From assembly GCF_026571515.1 (NCBI RefSeq), contig NW_026864070.1, positions 62,001 to 126,000 on the forward strand: DNA of 64,000 nt, written 5' to 3'. Of the stretch, positions 50,301 to 62,459 are shown in pieces. The stretch's first letter is position 1. Every line of letters begins with the position of its first letter. Both the position numbers and the translations under genes were made by a program. The notes under the pieces were generated by a model, which saw nothing but the letters and a program-made list of their open reading frames with translations, had not been told where the DNA came from and ran no database searches. Source of the stretch: Ruditapes philippinarum (taxonomy: Eukaryota).

Positions 50301-53300
50301 ATGTCTTTTAGACGATTTTCCTGTTTTCTATACATGCTTTGTCCGTTCATCGTGCAAGCTGTTACCAAAAATATCACGTGTCCTGTTCTCATGTGAATGT
50401 GAAACTATCTTTGGCGCAAAGGAAGTTAGATTGTTATAACCTCACTGATGTTCCATCAAATATTCCTGAGGACACAATTACCTAGATTTAAGTGGGTGTA
50501 ATATATCCCACATTCCTATTCAGCCACTGGAAAAGCTCTTCAAAATTACAAAAAGGTCGCCTTTCAGGAAATAAATACAAATGAGGAGAATTACAATCTA
50601 AAGACCCTGAACTTACCACTCCTGAATGAAATAGTCGTCGATGGCGGCGTTTCAACTTCTATCCCACAACTGTTACCACCTTATATTTAGTACGCTTAGC
50701 GTAGCAGAAAACAATCTAGGCACTCTAAAAGTCTGGTAGCTTTAGAAACTATCCAAACTTAGATTCGTTATTTTTGTCGGACTGTATGTTAACGAAATTA
50801 GAAGCTGGTGTGTTGGATGATATACCATCTCTTTCATTACTTCAGTTCAATGACAACAATCTAAACGAAGATAGTTTTCCTTTGGACGTATTCAAGAAAA
50901 ACCAAGCACTTGACTCTGTTTCATTTTTTGATAATGAATTGAAACACGTAGTGTCCAATCTTCCAAGTTCTGTTACAAGTATCGATTACAGCGGCAATGC
51001 CATTTTTGAGCTTAGAGCTTATGACTTCAAATCTACGCCGAATCTGATATACTTGTATCTTCAACAAAAATATGGTATGAAAATTACTGTTCATGTGAAA
51101 ATGTCGTCATTGTTATATATATTTATATATAAAATCATGCATAAAATACTATTGCAAAACAAACCAACAAACATAGAAACCATAAATTAAAATATCGTTA
51201 TCTGTCTTTTTTTCTTACTGAATTGAGGTTTTTGAAAATTATTAAATTATAAAATGGCACGGCTAGTCATTTGATTACTAAGATTTTACAAAGAACGATA
51301 TTTTACAAAGGAGTAGAAACTTAACGAAAACGCAAACGACTATGGAGTTATTTTTTAAAATTATTAGAATTTTCCCTTGCTCATACCAAGGTCTCCACAA
51401 ACATCAGTCTACAAATGTTATGTTTATACCAGAGCTGAATATATTACCAACGTTTATTTCAGATCACAAATGTTGAAGACTTTGCGTTTGATGGGTTAGA
51501 CAAAAAACAAATCTCGTTGGATATGAGTTACAATAACATCAATAAATTAACGGGAAACACATTAGCTGGGTTAACAGGAGCGTATGAATTACATATGAGT
51601 AGTAATAACATCAGTGTTGTGGATAAAGATGCATTTAGACAACTCGTCTCTTTACATGATCTCAAACTAGACCAAAACAAGGTAAATATTAAAAAGAATC
51701 CTCTTGATTAAACTTATTTTATTTTATTGCTTCAAATACACCTAATAACCTATATAAAAATTACAACAACATGTAATATATTGGTTAGGTTACAAGTTCT
51801 TCTAACACTAGATAAAGCCCTTCGTATGTCATGTACCCAAGACAAAATTGTGTCTGCATACAAATAAACAAACAAATCGGACAGAAGGGAGATCTCTCGA
51901 GAGCAATGAAAAGAAGCAGTTGTCCCTTGTCCCTTATGGGCCCCTTTTAGTTTTTATCATTTCACTTATTTCATGCCCCTCCCCTCCTTTCGCCACCCTT
52001 GATTCATCTACCGATTTGTTTCGGTGCCTTCTGGATGCCCTGATGTTGAAGCTGAGGTGTTGGGGGGCTGCGTCCTGTGAAGGTTGCCTTTGCCTTGTTG
52101 ATCTTTGTTCTCGTTTGTTTTCTCATTTAATTACATGTGATGGAATGTGTAAAAAATTCTGGAAACAAAGTGATCCCTCGGAAGCATTAATCACAACAAA
52201 ATAACATAAGAATTGCAGACTCGGTTTGATTGAGTCTGTACATGAGGGATTATGTATAAGTGCAACATCCCTCACGCCCCCTAGCACCGGCTTGAGCGGT
52301 ACTCAATTCTCAACACTTTATAGTGTTGGCATCAATGATCCCGAAGGACCAGAAAATATAACAACACTGAAGTGAAGTACGGGGCAACTTTTTACGGCTG
52401 CCACACGGCACTTGACACCTGCTGTTGTGAAGTACAAAATTTTTCTCACGTCCCATAAGAACGGCTCAGTGTTGTTATATTTTTCTGGTACTTAGGTATC
52501 ATTGATGCCAGCACTTTTAAGTGTTGAGAATTGAGTACTTGCTCAAGCCAGTGCTAGGGCACGTGAGGGATGTTGCATTCATTCATTACCCCCATGTACA
52601 GCTTTAGTCAAACAAAGTCTGCAAATTTTCATGTAATTCTTGTTGTAATTAAGTCTTCGAGGGATAATTTTGTTTTCCAGATTTTTAAGCATAAACAACC
52701 TTCAACACCATTATGTTTTTGCATCTGTTAGTGAACGCGTAGGTTAAAGACAAAAAACTCTTTTACTAAACTGAAGTAAAGTAAGAGCATTTCTTAAACC
52801 TGCTTTACAAGCACTTGACAACATGCTGACTCCATGAAATTACATGATTGAATTGAGACAGACAGTAACATTCAGTTTTGTTGTTAAATGTTCAAAAGTT
52901 AGCAGCACTATTGTTAAGACTCTGTTATACAAGATAATAACGAACAACATTTCATAATTCTATTTTTTGTCATGTTATTAATAGAGTACATTTATTTTTC
53001 CAGCTATTTCCCCAAAATTAATTTAAAATTGAATTTTATTGATCCCAAAAATATTTTGATTACTATCATTATTAAAATTTGAGTTGATACAATACTTTTA
53101 TTCTAAGAGTAGTGTCGAAGTGAATATAAGTATTGATACAAAAACAAATTATATATACTATTACACAAGTTTCTAAACTCATGCATGTTTATTAATATTC
53201 TAAAATAAATCTCTAATAAACTAATTGTCCTTCCGCATTTAAGCAAGAAGCAGAACAATCATATTTACATAATATTTTCAGATTGCACAGTTGGAGGACT

Positions 53301-53722
53301 TTACCTTTCAAAGCATGGTCGATTTACAAAACCTGGACATGAGTCACAACAATTTATCTGCAATTACTAATGATACGTTTGTCGGGTTGACTTCACTTTT
53401 ATGGTTGAATTTGTCATATAACTGGATTACAACCATTGCCCAAGATGCATTCAAATCATTGCAATCAAGCGACATTAACCTCAGTTTTAATAGGTTACAA
53501 AATCTGAAAGCTGAGGTTTTCTCTCATCTTACAAGCACAGCTAATGTAAGACTTGCTGGCAACTTGTGGAATTGTGATTGTCACCTAAGGTGGTTGAGAG
53601 AAGCACTGGACAATGCCACTTATACCATTGAGCTTCCGTACACTCTCAAATGTGCAACACCAGTCAAGCTCGCAGAAAAGTCTTTCATTGATCTTAAACC
53701 AAGCGATTTTGTATGTATGTAG
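50301..53722 (+). pseudogene. LRR copy C' (exons 50301-51074, 51463-51681, 53282-53722); exon 1 frameshifted as assembled, possibly a real gene with consensus errors
   Basis: About 7 single-base indels in exon 1, mostly homopolymer length changes (GAAGTTAGA, CAAAATT, TATATTTAG, CTAAAAGTC, CAAAAATATG). Splice sites are intact; exon 2 (+3 nt, in frame) and exon 3 are open. Confidence 0.65.
52150..52440. mobile_element. ~290-bp non-autonomous element inserted in the last intron of C'
   Basis: Absent in copy C (25223 GTGTAAGTTTTCTCACG). Reverse complement of 14981-15267. Confidence 0.8.
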
Positions 53723-54670
53723 AACGAAATTTATTATTCCTAATACAAATAGATAATTCGAGCAGACTTTTATTTGTAAAATCATAATCAGATAAAAAAA
53801 ATATATACAAAATACATGGATGAGAAAACATTGTTCAATATTTTATAAGCCATTATAATTTTACGCTTTCCCACCGGAGAAAAAACGACAATCTACATTG
53901 TGCGAAAATGTTTCCTATTTCCGAACCATATTTTGAATGTCCACTACGTAACTACATTTTACATGTTTGAAAAACTGTAAATAGATCTATATAGGCAAAA
54001 CAACATTGAAAATATAATTATGTTATTGTTAAAACCGAATACACCGCTTTACGATTACAATACAATATTTTGAGAAATACTTGCTCCTGAGTAGTTGCAA
54101 TAACAAATAATAGTACTTAAAATACTGAAGGAATGAAATTCAAAATTTTGGAAGATAGTTTGATTATTTATACTTTGTTCGAAATTAGTCGATGTTTAAA
54201 AAGTCTTGTAAGCGGCATGTGGTTTTGTAAAGGAACATGATTTTATTTTTCGAATAATTAACTAAACAAATTGAATTTAGATATATAACATTAACATCAA
54301 GAAATCACACAGTGCATAATGTTACCGACTTGATATTGGATGGACGGTCTCTTGGTAAAACATTGTGGACACTATTTTAACAAAGTCATACAATTTACAT
54401 GTTCGACCGACTTAAACATAGCATAAGGTATGATATTGTTTAAAAAGGTGTTTTTCCAAAACAAAGTAAATAAAATAAGTGTAGTGATCACCAGCTTCAA
54501 CTGCATTTAATCAAGACTAAATCAAGCTTACTATTAGCTAATTAATAGTTAATTACATACTATTATTACCACGGGCAAGGAAACATATTCATTAACTAAC
54601 AAATGAAAACGCATTATTAGTGTATGATTAACATATATATTATATTTACGGGTATGATTTTTTTTCTTAT

Positions 54671-54781
54671 GAATCACTGTTTGAAAAGGCCTTTCTAATC
54701 ATCTGGTAGATATTCAGTTGAAAGCAACGACTTGCCAATATCTTTATAAACACTAACCATTGTGTTACCACGGATCTTCAT
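54671..54781 (-). pseudogene. Duplicate of the minus-strand CRAL-TRIO orphan exon
   Basis: TTTAAG|MKIRGNTMVSVYKDIGKSLLSTEYLPDD*KG. Acceptor retained, with an in-frame TAG, a 13-nt deletion and a dead donor. Confidence 0.7.
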
Positions 54782-55625
54782 CTTAAACAACAGAATTTAT
54801 ATCAGAAAATGTTTGGATATTTGAGGCCACTAAACCAAATGGAAATAAAGATCTGAATGATTTTACAATTGAAACACTTGAAGAGCAGGAGAAACATACT
54901 AGTATCCTTCTCGGCATCCCTTGTATCATCCCAGTACAGGATCTCATCCGAAGGGATTTGAGTATTGCTCTGGTCGGCGCTATATGGTGTGAAAGATGTT
55001 ACACTTTCTTTTGCCTCTCGTTAACAGACTGTGTAAAGCCCAGTCTGCAATTTAAGAGATAATATTTGTTTATGCTTTCATTGCTATCGTGGGATCTACT
55101 CTTTTCTGAATTCTAATCACGTTTAACGTAAACTATTTCATTAACCAAAATGCTAAAACTATACTTTTCCCCTAACCTAATGCAACACATGTTTTTGGCA
55201 TAATCTAAATCGTTTTTAACATAGTTGACGTCGTTTTTGGCACCAAATCGAGTAGGTCTATAAATCAATTTTCGAAATTCACTCATGTTTAATACCGTTT
55301 ATCATACAGCTACAAGTGTAAATGCTATGTTGCATATAAAAAAAGTTGCCCCGTATATCACTTCAGTATAGTTTTTTTCTAAAGAAAAAAGGAATCCCTA
55401 AAAAACTCTAAAATACAAAATTGAAAATTTTGCACGCTCGGTTCGATTGAGCCTGTTCATGGTGAGTACTGGAAAGTGCAAGTCACTGTCCATCCCTCCC
55501 AGCACTGCCTTTAGCAGAATTCAAAATTAAAACACGAAAACAGTTCATTTTTGAATTAAGAAACATTTGCAAATTATGGAACCTTCAACATGACACTTTT
55601 GTGTCATTCCACGATTCAAAATATA
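54764..55625 (+). repeat. Third copy of junction block X closing the array
   Basis: Matches 371-1390 and 27491-28480 (e.g. CCCAGTACAGGATCTCATCCGAAGGGATTTGAGTATTGCTCTGGTCGGCGCTATATGG). Sequence is unique afterwards. Confidence 0.85.
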
Positions 55626-55674
55626 CCGGTAGGTTTGTTTTCAGATGTTTTTCCTATTTTAATGATTGTCCTAT

Positions 55675-57005
55675 TTTTCATTGTCCCCCACCTTTTCAAA
55701 GAAAAAAAGGGAATATAGAAATAGGCTCCGTCCGTCTGTCTGTCCGCACTACTCTAGGGATAGAGGGCCATCTAACTGTAAACAGAATAAAAGAGAACAA
55801 TAGAGTTCATTCCGTAACAATAGAGTAAGGGGTCATTGGTCCTCTATTAAACAATAGAAAATAATAAAAGAAATGGCCCCTTATTCCATTACGGCCGGAC
55901 TCCCGTCCGTCTGTCTGTCTGTCCGCACTCACAGGAGAGTAATTATGTGGCTAGTGGGACAATAGGTAACTGTTCTTTCTCTTTGATGTCATTCATTCCG
56001 TAATGCTTTTATGTGTCTATTTTCTTTTGTGTGGCTAAAAAGAACAATAGAGAGAACAATAGAGTAGCCACATAATTACTGTCCTGTGAGAACGTCCGTC
56101 TGTCTGTCCGTCACACCTTCGTGCCCGTCCATAACTTTGTCATTTATCAAAGGAATCTGAAATAACTTGGCACAAATGTTTTTTATAATAAGACGATGTG
56201 TCATGCGCAACAACCAGACCCCTGCCTCCAAGGTCAAGGTCGAACTTGCTCATTTAAGGTCAACATTGTCTATTTGAGATATTTGTCGTGTCCGCTCCAT
56301 AACTTTCTTATATTTGAAGGGATTTTGTAAATACTTGCCACAATTGTTCACAATAATGAGAAGATGTGTCATGCGCAACAACCGGTCACATACCTCCAAG
56401 GTCAAGGTCACACTTGGAGGTCAAAGAATAACATAGTCTGTTATAGGGTATATTTTGTGTCCGGTCCATAACTTTTTCATACATCGAAATATTTTGTAAA
56501 TACTTGCCACAAATAGTCACTATAATAAGAAAATGTGTCGTGCACAACACCTGCATCACTACCTCCAAGTTCAAGGTCAAAGTTAGAGGTAAAAAAATAA
56601 CATAGTCTGTTTTAGGGTATATTTTGTGTCCGATCAAGAGCTTCTTCAGGACTTTAAACTAACTAGGCACAAATAGTCACTATAAGAAAACGATATGTCA
56701 AGTACAACACCTGCACCTTAACCTCCAAGGTCAAGGTCAATCATAGATGTAAAATGATAACAGTCTGTTATATGGTATATTTTGTGTCCTGTCCGTAACT
56801 TCTTCATAGATCAAGGGATTTTGAAAATACTTGGCACAAATAGCCAATGATAAGATGATATGTCATGCTTTACACCTGTGTCCCTACCTCCAAGGTCAAT
56901 GTCACACTAAGAGGTCAAAGATTTACATAGTCTGTTATAGGATATATTTTGTGTCCGATCTATAACTTCTTTATAGTTCAAGGGATTTTGAAATTACTTG
57001 GCATA
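55675..57005 (+). mobile_element. Helentron/HINE-like non-autonomous element: (GTCY)n head plus ~170-bp tandem units (~5.5 copies), with nested inserts in the head
   Basis: TTTTT…CCCCCACC…GGG, then CCGTCCGTCTGTCTGTCCG. Units carry CCATAACTT…ACTTGGCACAAAT…CCTCCAAGGTCAAGGTCA at about 56129, 56298, 56466, 56635, 56793 and 56960. Confidence 0.75.
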
Positions 57006-57812
57006 AATACAGTTGACTCTCAATAAGTCAAAATCGTTTTACTCAAAATTCCGCTTTAGTCGAAGAACTTCTAAAATCCCGTCAAATTTCCTTCTTATCT
57101 TTGTATTTTAACTCAGCTTAGGTCAAATTTTGACTTATCGAGACTCCTATTTAGTCTGTTTTATGAACATCAACTTCATACAATACTGTTGTTTTAATTC
57201 TTTCGAGGAATTATTGGCCTGATTTTCCAAAATGCTTATACTTCACATCAGCAATAGTCAAATGACATGTGGCAGCTGCAAAAAGTTGCCCGATACTTCA
57301 CTTCAACTTCTCTGGTCAATCAGAATTATTAGCACATTAGTTAGTTTTGAAGATACCGCATGAGACATGTTACACTTTTACATAATTTGTTATGAACAGA
57401 CATTATCAAACCGGGTCTGCATATAATTTTCATATAATATTCTTGTTTTACTGCTCTCGGGGAATCTCCCTTTTCCAGATTTTTATTGCATACACAAAAA
57501 ACAAGTAATTAGATACCATAGTTATCATAAACATGTGTATAACTGTGTCAATAAATTTGTTTACTTATTTTACCCGACAGAACGTCTTAATATTGCCTTT
57601 TTAAAATATAGTTCTCATGTCACCAGCTGAATAATTTCTGTGGCAGCTCTGTTATTCAGACGGTGGAAATTTAATTGCTTTAACTCGACATTTACGGAGG
57701 GATAAAACATTATAGTTACATGAATGGAAAATATTGTTCGTAATAGGATGAAATGGTTAATTGTATGCTTAAATATAAAATAAGAAGAACTATTCATACA
57801 TTTCTTTTGTGC

Positions 57813-58066
57813 TTAAGATTTAATTGTTTGTTTCACACCAATACAGTATATGTCATACGGCGACGTTCCAGCTTCAGTTGAGTAGGAAGACCTCAAATGG
57901 CCTTCCGTGCAGTATTTCAAGCACGAACAGACACCTGAGTAGAACCGAGACGTTCTATAAACTAGCTGAATATCTTCCTTATATGAAAGAATCCAAAATC
58001 GAACCAACAGCGGTGAGGGTCAAGAGGATTGAAGTCAACGACCTTCACCACTCGGCCACGGACGCC
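57813..58066 (-). mobile_element. tRNA-derived SINE (minus strand)
   Basis: Reverse complement reads GGCGTCCGTGGCCGAGTGGTGAAGGTCGTTGACTTCAATCC…GGTTCGATT…GGTTCTACTCAGGTG…GCTGGAACGTCGCCGTATGAC. Confidence 0.8.
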
Positions 58067-59659
58067 ACTTTATGTTTCAGAGGTCAATAGCAGGTAATTT
58101 AAACAAACAAACATTAAAATAGATAGTAAATGATGATTCGTAAGGACAGGCTTAACCAGGAAAAAATACCAGAGAGAGTACGTAAACCAGTTTTCTAGCA
58201 AGTCACCAACGTCTTGCATACATTATCAAGAAAAATGCTGCTTAAACTTAATATTAAGAATGCCAATAGTATGGTAATCAGCGATAATCCAAGCTCTATG
58301 ATTGATAAATTCACTAATAATAAAATTTTTAAAACACTTTTGAAACGTTCGAAACGCTAAAAGTTTAGCATCCTCTTCGGCCTGGCTTGAATTTAAGGGG
58401 ATATTACACTGTACTTAAAATCAATTACTATCCAATTAGCCCAATCATTCATTATCTATTCCGATTAAACATATGTTTTGTTATGATTGCAGGTATTGTA
58501 ATGATCATGTTGACATGTGCCGCCATGATCAATTGTATTTCAAATGAACAATAGAGAATCCTTTATCATATTGTTAGGATATCAAGATCAGATAACTCTG
58601 TGCATGTTTAGTTGTACAGTGAATAGGATAACTTTCCTTTACATGATATTCATTAAAGCTATGTTATATATATGATCATGCCACTCTGATACCTGGTCAT
58701 TCTCACTTGAGCTCTGGTCTTTACAACATGTATTAAATGATTATAATAAATAGTAGAATGGTTTGAATCTTGTTATCATCCATACAACATAACACATATT
58801 AAATGTTGTTAAATTTGACAATATGAAAATATTAGACATTTATTGATTTAACTGCGCCTAATTTAAACTAATGCAACACATTGTTTGTCACAACATGCAT
58901 TTTTCAAGGTCATCCGAGGTCAATTTGCAGCTGTATCGGCTTTGTGGTAGATTGTAAGTTTATTAAATTCAAATGCTAATAACTGCTCGACTTGATGAGC
59001 TTGATATTAAAATTATTTATAATGCCACAAATATAAATGTATATATATGCGTTATTGAAACCTCCATTTGTTGATTTGTTCAAAACGCAAACCATGTATA
59101 ACGGCTATCATCAATTATTAAACCAGTTTTCAGCGATCAACATCAAAATTGTTAAAGTCAATGACTCCAAATCATTAGAAAGTACAACCAATTGACATTA
59201 ATTATAATTTGTTTTGAAACACAAAGTTTTACGGTTATTTGTTTTAATTTCAGGTCACGCGAAGTTGACCTATATTTTACGTGGTCGATTAAGATACGCA
59301 GTAGCAGTAGCCATGTAATATTTCTATCAAACTTGAGTTTTAACAGAAAATGTCTTATTCTTTAATATATCTGAACTAAGTGACATAACCTTATTAGAGT
59401 ATACCCTGTTAAAACATGTATTATCGTGTCATACGGTCTCATTATTACATGACTTTGATTTTACCACAAATTAAATTGAATGTTTTTGTAACCTAGTCAG
59501 AGATGCTGACATTGTTGTTTCATATAAAAGAAAAGGCTCGTTCCGAATTTTAAGATGTGAAAAAAATGTTCATAAGTGGCCTAATTAGTTGAAACTTCTC
59601 TTATATTTGACAATGTAATTTTATAATTTAACAATGGGCATCGTTTTAAAAGTTGAACC

Positions 59660-62459
59660 ATGTTTAACAGCCATTTTGTATGCCTGGTTCTAGTCTCAAG
59701 AACGGGGACAAGGTTAGTGTCATTGAAGAAGTATGCAGCCAGATAACAAGAATAACAAGAATTCATAATAAATACAGAAACAAGGAGTATGCTTCCGATA
59801 TGCAAATGTTGGTAAGATTATAATGCTTTATACATGAATGGTAAAAGAAACATAATTTTACACCGAGTGGTATTGTATTTAGATTTTTCTCAGGAGCTGA
59901 AATAGAATTTTTTTTTTTTTTTCAGATATTTCTGAAAACTATTATTTTATTTAATTGATAATAATTTACAATTTTAAACATAAACTCTTCTTGTCTCGGT
60001 TAGTATTTACAATACGGTAAAATATGTTAAAACTAGGTATGGGATACCACGTTAGCACAAGATGCTGCTACATGGTCTGAGAATTGTTATTTGGCACATC
60101 AAAAACGTGGTCTTGGAGAGAATCTAGCCTATCAATGGAGGACCGTGTTCTAAAACCCTCTGACGTCATCATTAAAGCTATTAAAGGATGGTACGATGAG
60201 AAGTTCTCGTGGAAATGGTCTAAAAATTGTAGAGCAGCGTGTCATTATACTCAGGTTTGACTATATAAATGTTCATATACATTCAACACCGTGTATATTA
60301 ATATACAGTGGACACTGTGTATGTTAATATATGATAAACATCGTGTATAAATATGTGTAAAACTATTGCTTTTTTGTCGATGCTACATTTACATCTTTTA
60401 TAAATTTTAGCTTCAGAAATTAAAACTTTCTTCATTATATTTAAGTCATTATCACAACAATCTGCATTTGATTTTCTTGGAATGTTCAGTATCTGTTAAT
60501 TTAAAAGAACAACACTTAAACGGTCTTCATTTTCAAGACGTTTACTTACTTATGTGCTCACAATAACTTCGTAATTGGTAAAATTAAAACTGACAAAAAA
60601 GATATTACAGATTTATTTTATTTTGTTTTATGTTTGTATAAATAATGTTAAGTGTAATTAAACAAAAGAGAAATAATGAAATAATTTTACTTTATACTGT
60701 TTGCTGTGTTGAAGGAGTATATTAAGATTAAATTAATTATGTTCTTATTATACAATACTGATGTTTTTTTTATAAATGGTAATAGTTTAACTTTAGGAAA
60801 CAAAACTTAAAAGAAATTTATCGACTATAACGGACATTTGCTTCATTTGTAACGCCATTTGTTCCCAGGAGAACTGCTAAATAGCCTAGTTATTTCGTAT
60901 TCTGCTCGTATTTACTTATCTAACCATAACGGTTAATGATAATTTACTTAATTAACTCTTGTCTTATCAACTGATATCAAAATTGATAACAGTTCTATTT
61001 GACGTTCATATAAAACTTATTAATTATGAATTGGCGATACTAATAGAAAATAAATCTGCCATAACGATATAGTCACAAAGGTGGTAATAATATATTGTGA
61101 CAAAACGGGTCTATGTTAACATGACATATTGCTATTTATGCTATAATATAATAAATTTCACAGTTCTATTGCTGTGTTATGTTATTGGTAGACAAATTCA
61201 ATTTTGTGTTTTAAAGTTCTGCTATAGGATAAAGCACTTTTTTTCTTTTTTTGGAATGCGACAAGGCAATATGATATTTTGATAGCTTTAACTTTTATCC
61301 CTATTTTGAAACTAATGTACTGTCAATTGTTTTCATTTGTTTAAAAGTGTAAGGGTTAGCCATTAATTACATATACTGACCGCAACAGATCTGTTATTAT
61401 ATAGATAGCCAAATAATTCTTGAATCATATAATTATTTCAGATGGTTTGGGCCAAAACGACAAAGATCGGTTGTGCTTATAGAATTTGCAATCAGTTGAG
61501 GACGTCGGGGTCACCAATACAGAATGCCCATTTTCTTGTTTGCTTTACAACCCACCTTGAGTATGATCAATTTCTTTGGGGTATTTCTGTGTTGAACACA
61601 TCCTTAAAGTGCAAGTTGAAGTGTTATAACGATGCACGAGTTTAACTGAATAAATTAAATTATAATAAATTATTTTGTGCATGCTAAATGTATATTTTTT
61701 TTTAATTTTTGAGAGTTTATTCACCTTTTAACTACGTTTGTTTTAACAAAACATAAATGGGTTCGTACATGGCCGAGTGGTTAAGGTCGTTGACTTCAAA
61801 CCACATGCCCGTCACCGCTATAAGTTCGTATCCCGACAGGAAGTTTGGACTCTTCCATGCGTTGAAGATATCCACCTAGCCTGAAATAATGCACGGAAGT
61901 CCCCTGAGGCATAGTGCGTCGCTGTGACGTAATACCCCCCCCCCCAAAAAAAATAATAAAACAAACCAAAATAGACAAACAAACAAAACGTACATTAAAA
62001 GCTACGAGAAATCAAAATTGTATTTCACTTAAAGGTCACTGACGAAAGGTAACCCCAAGTGTATTTTACGTACTGATATCATGCATTGAGGGACACACAT
62101 TCTCCACCAGGAAAGTTAGACGTCCCCATATATCCTGAACAGTTGAGACTTATAACTCAAGGCGAAAAAAATGCTAAGACCAAAAGCATTAACAAAACGT
62201 ATAATTAGTAACAATGTTACTTCCTATAAAATTATGTCTAACACGAAGTTTACATTTTCATGAGATTTTGTATTTTTTCATTATGGTATATCTTGCCGTT
62301 TGTGTTCAAATTCGTTTTTCTTTTTAATTTGAAATATTGTATAACAGGGGAAACTACTATGGTCAATATCCATTTTGGTATGGAAAACGCTGTGCAAAAT
62401 GTGGCAAAACAGATATATGTCAGAAAGGCCTTTGCTGCTCTAAAGCACAAGCTCGCTGA
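59660..62459 (+). pseudogene. CAP/SCP-domain gene (CRISP/PI16/GLIPR1-like), disrupted; exons ~59660-59811, 60037-60254, 61442-61556, 62348-62459
   Basis: RIHNKYRNKEYASDMQML|VWDTTLAQDAATWSENCYLAH..GENLAY..WYDEK..CHYTQ|MVWAKTTKIGCA..FLVCF(Y)NPP|GNYYGQYPFWYGKRCAKC..CQKGLCC..*. Lesions: probable 8-nt duplication ~59743, -1 at ~60145, -1 at ~61546, and donor GTGAGT changed to TTGAGT at 61557. Confidence 0.85.
61757..61912 (+). mobile_element. Partial tRNA-derived SINE in CAP intron
   Basis: TGGCCGAGTGGTTAAGGTCGTTGACTTCAAACCAC…GTTCGTATCC…TGAAATAATGCACGGA. Confidence 0.75.

Larger units (their letters stand above)
27491..54763 (+). repeat. Segmental tandem duplication, unit 2 (~27.3 kb; X-A'-B'-C')
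   Basis: Colinear with 371-27490: 31644 = 4716, 33533 = 6599, 42490 = 16790, 50301 = 23281. Confidence 0.9.

Noticed and set aside
6599-53722. True VLR locus with somatic assembly from LRR cassettes, or Toll-like receptors
   Set aside because: Each copy is a complete gene, with no incomplete germline gene or free cassette library. There is no stalk/GPI, TM or TIR sequence after the LRRCT.
57990-58066. tRNA genes (also 22942-23020 and 61757-61840)
   Set aside because: A/B-box heads continue into a shared SINE body and tail, and no intact cloverleaf is evident.
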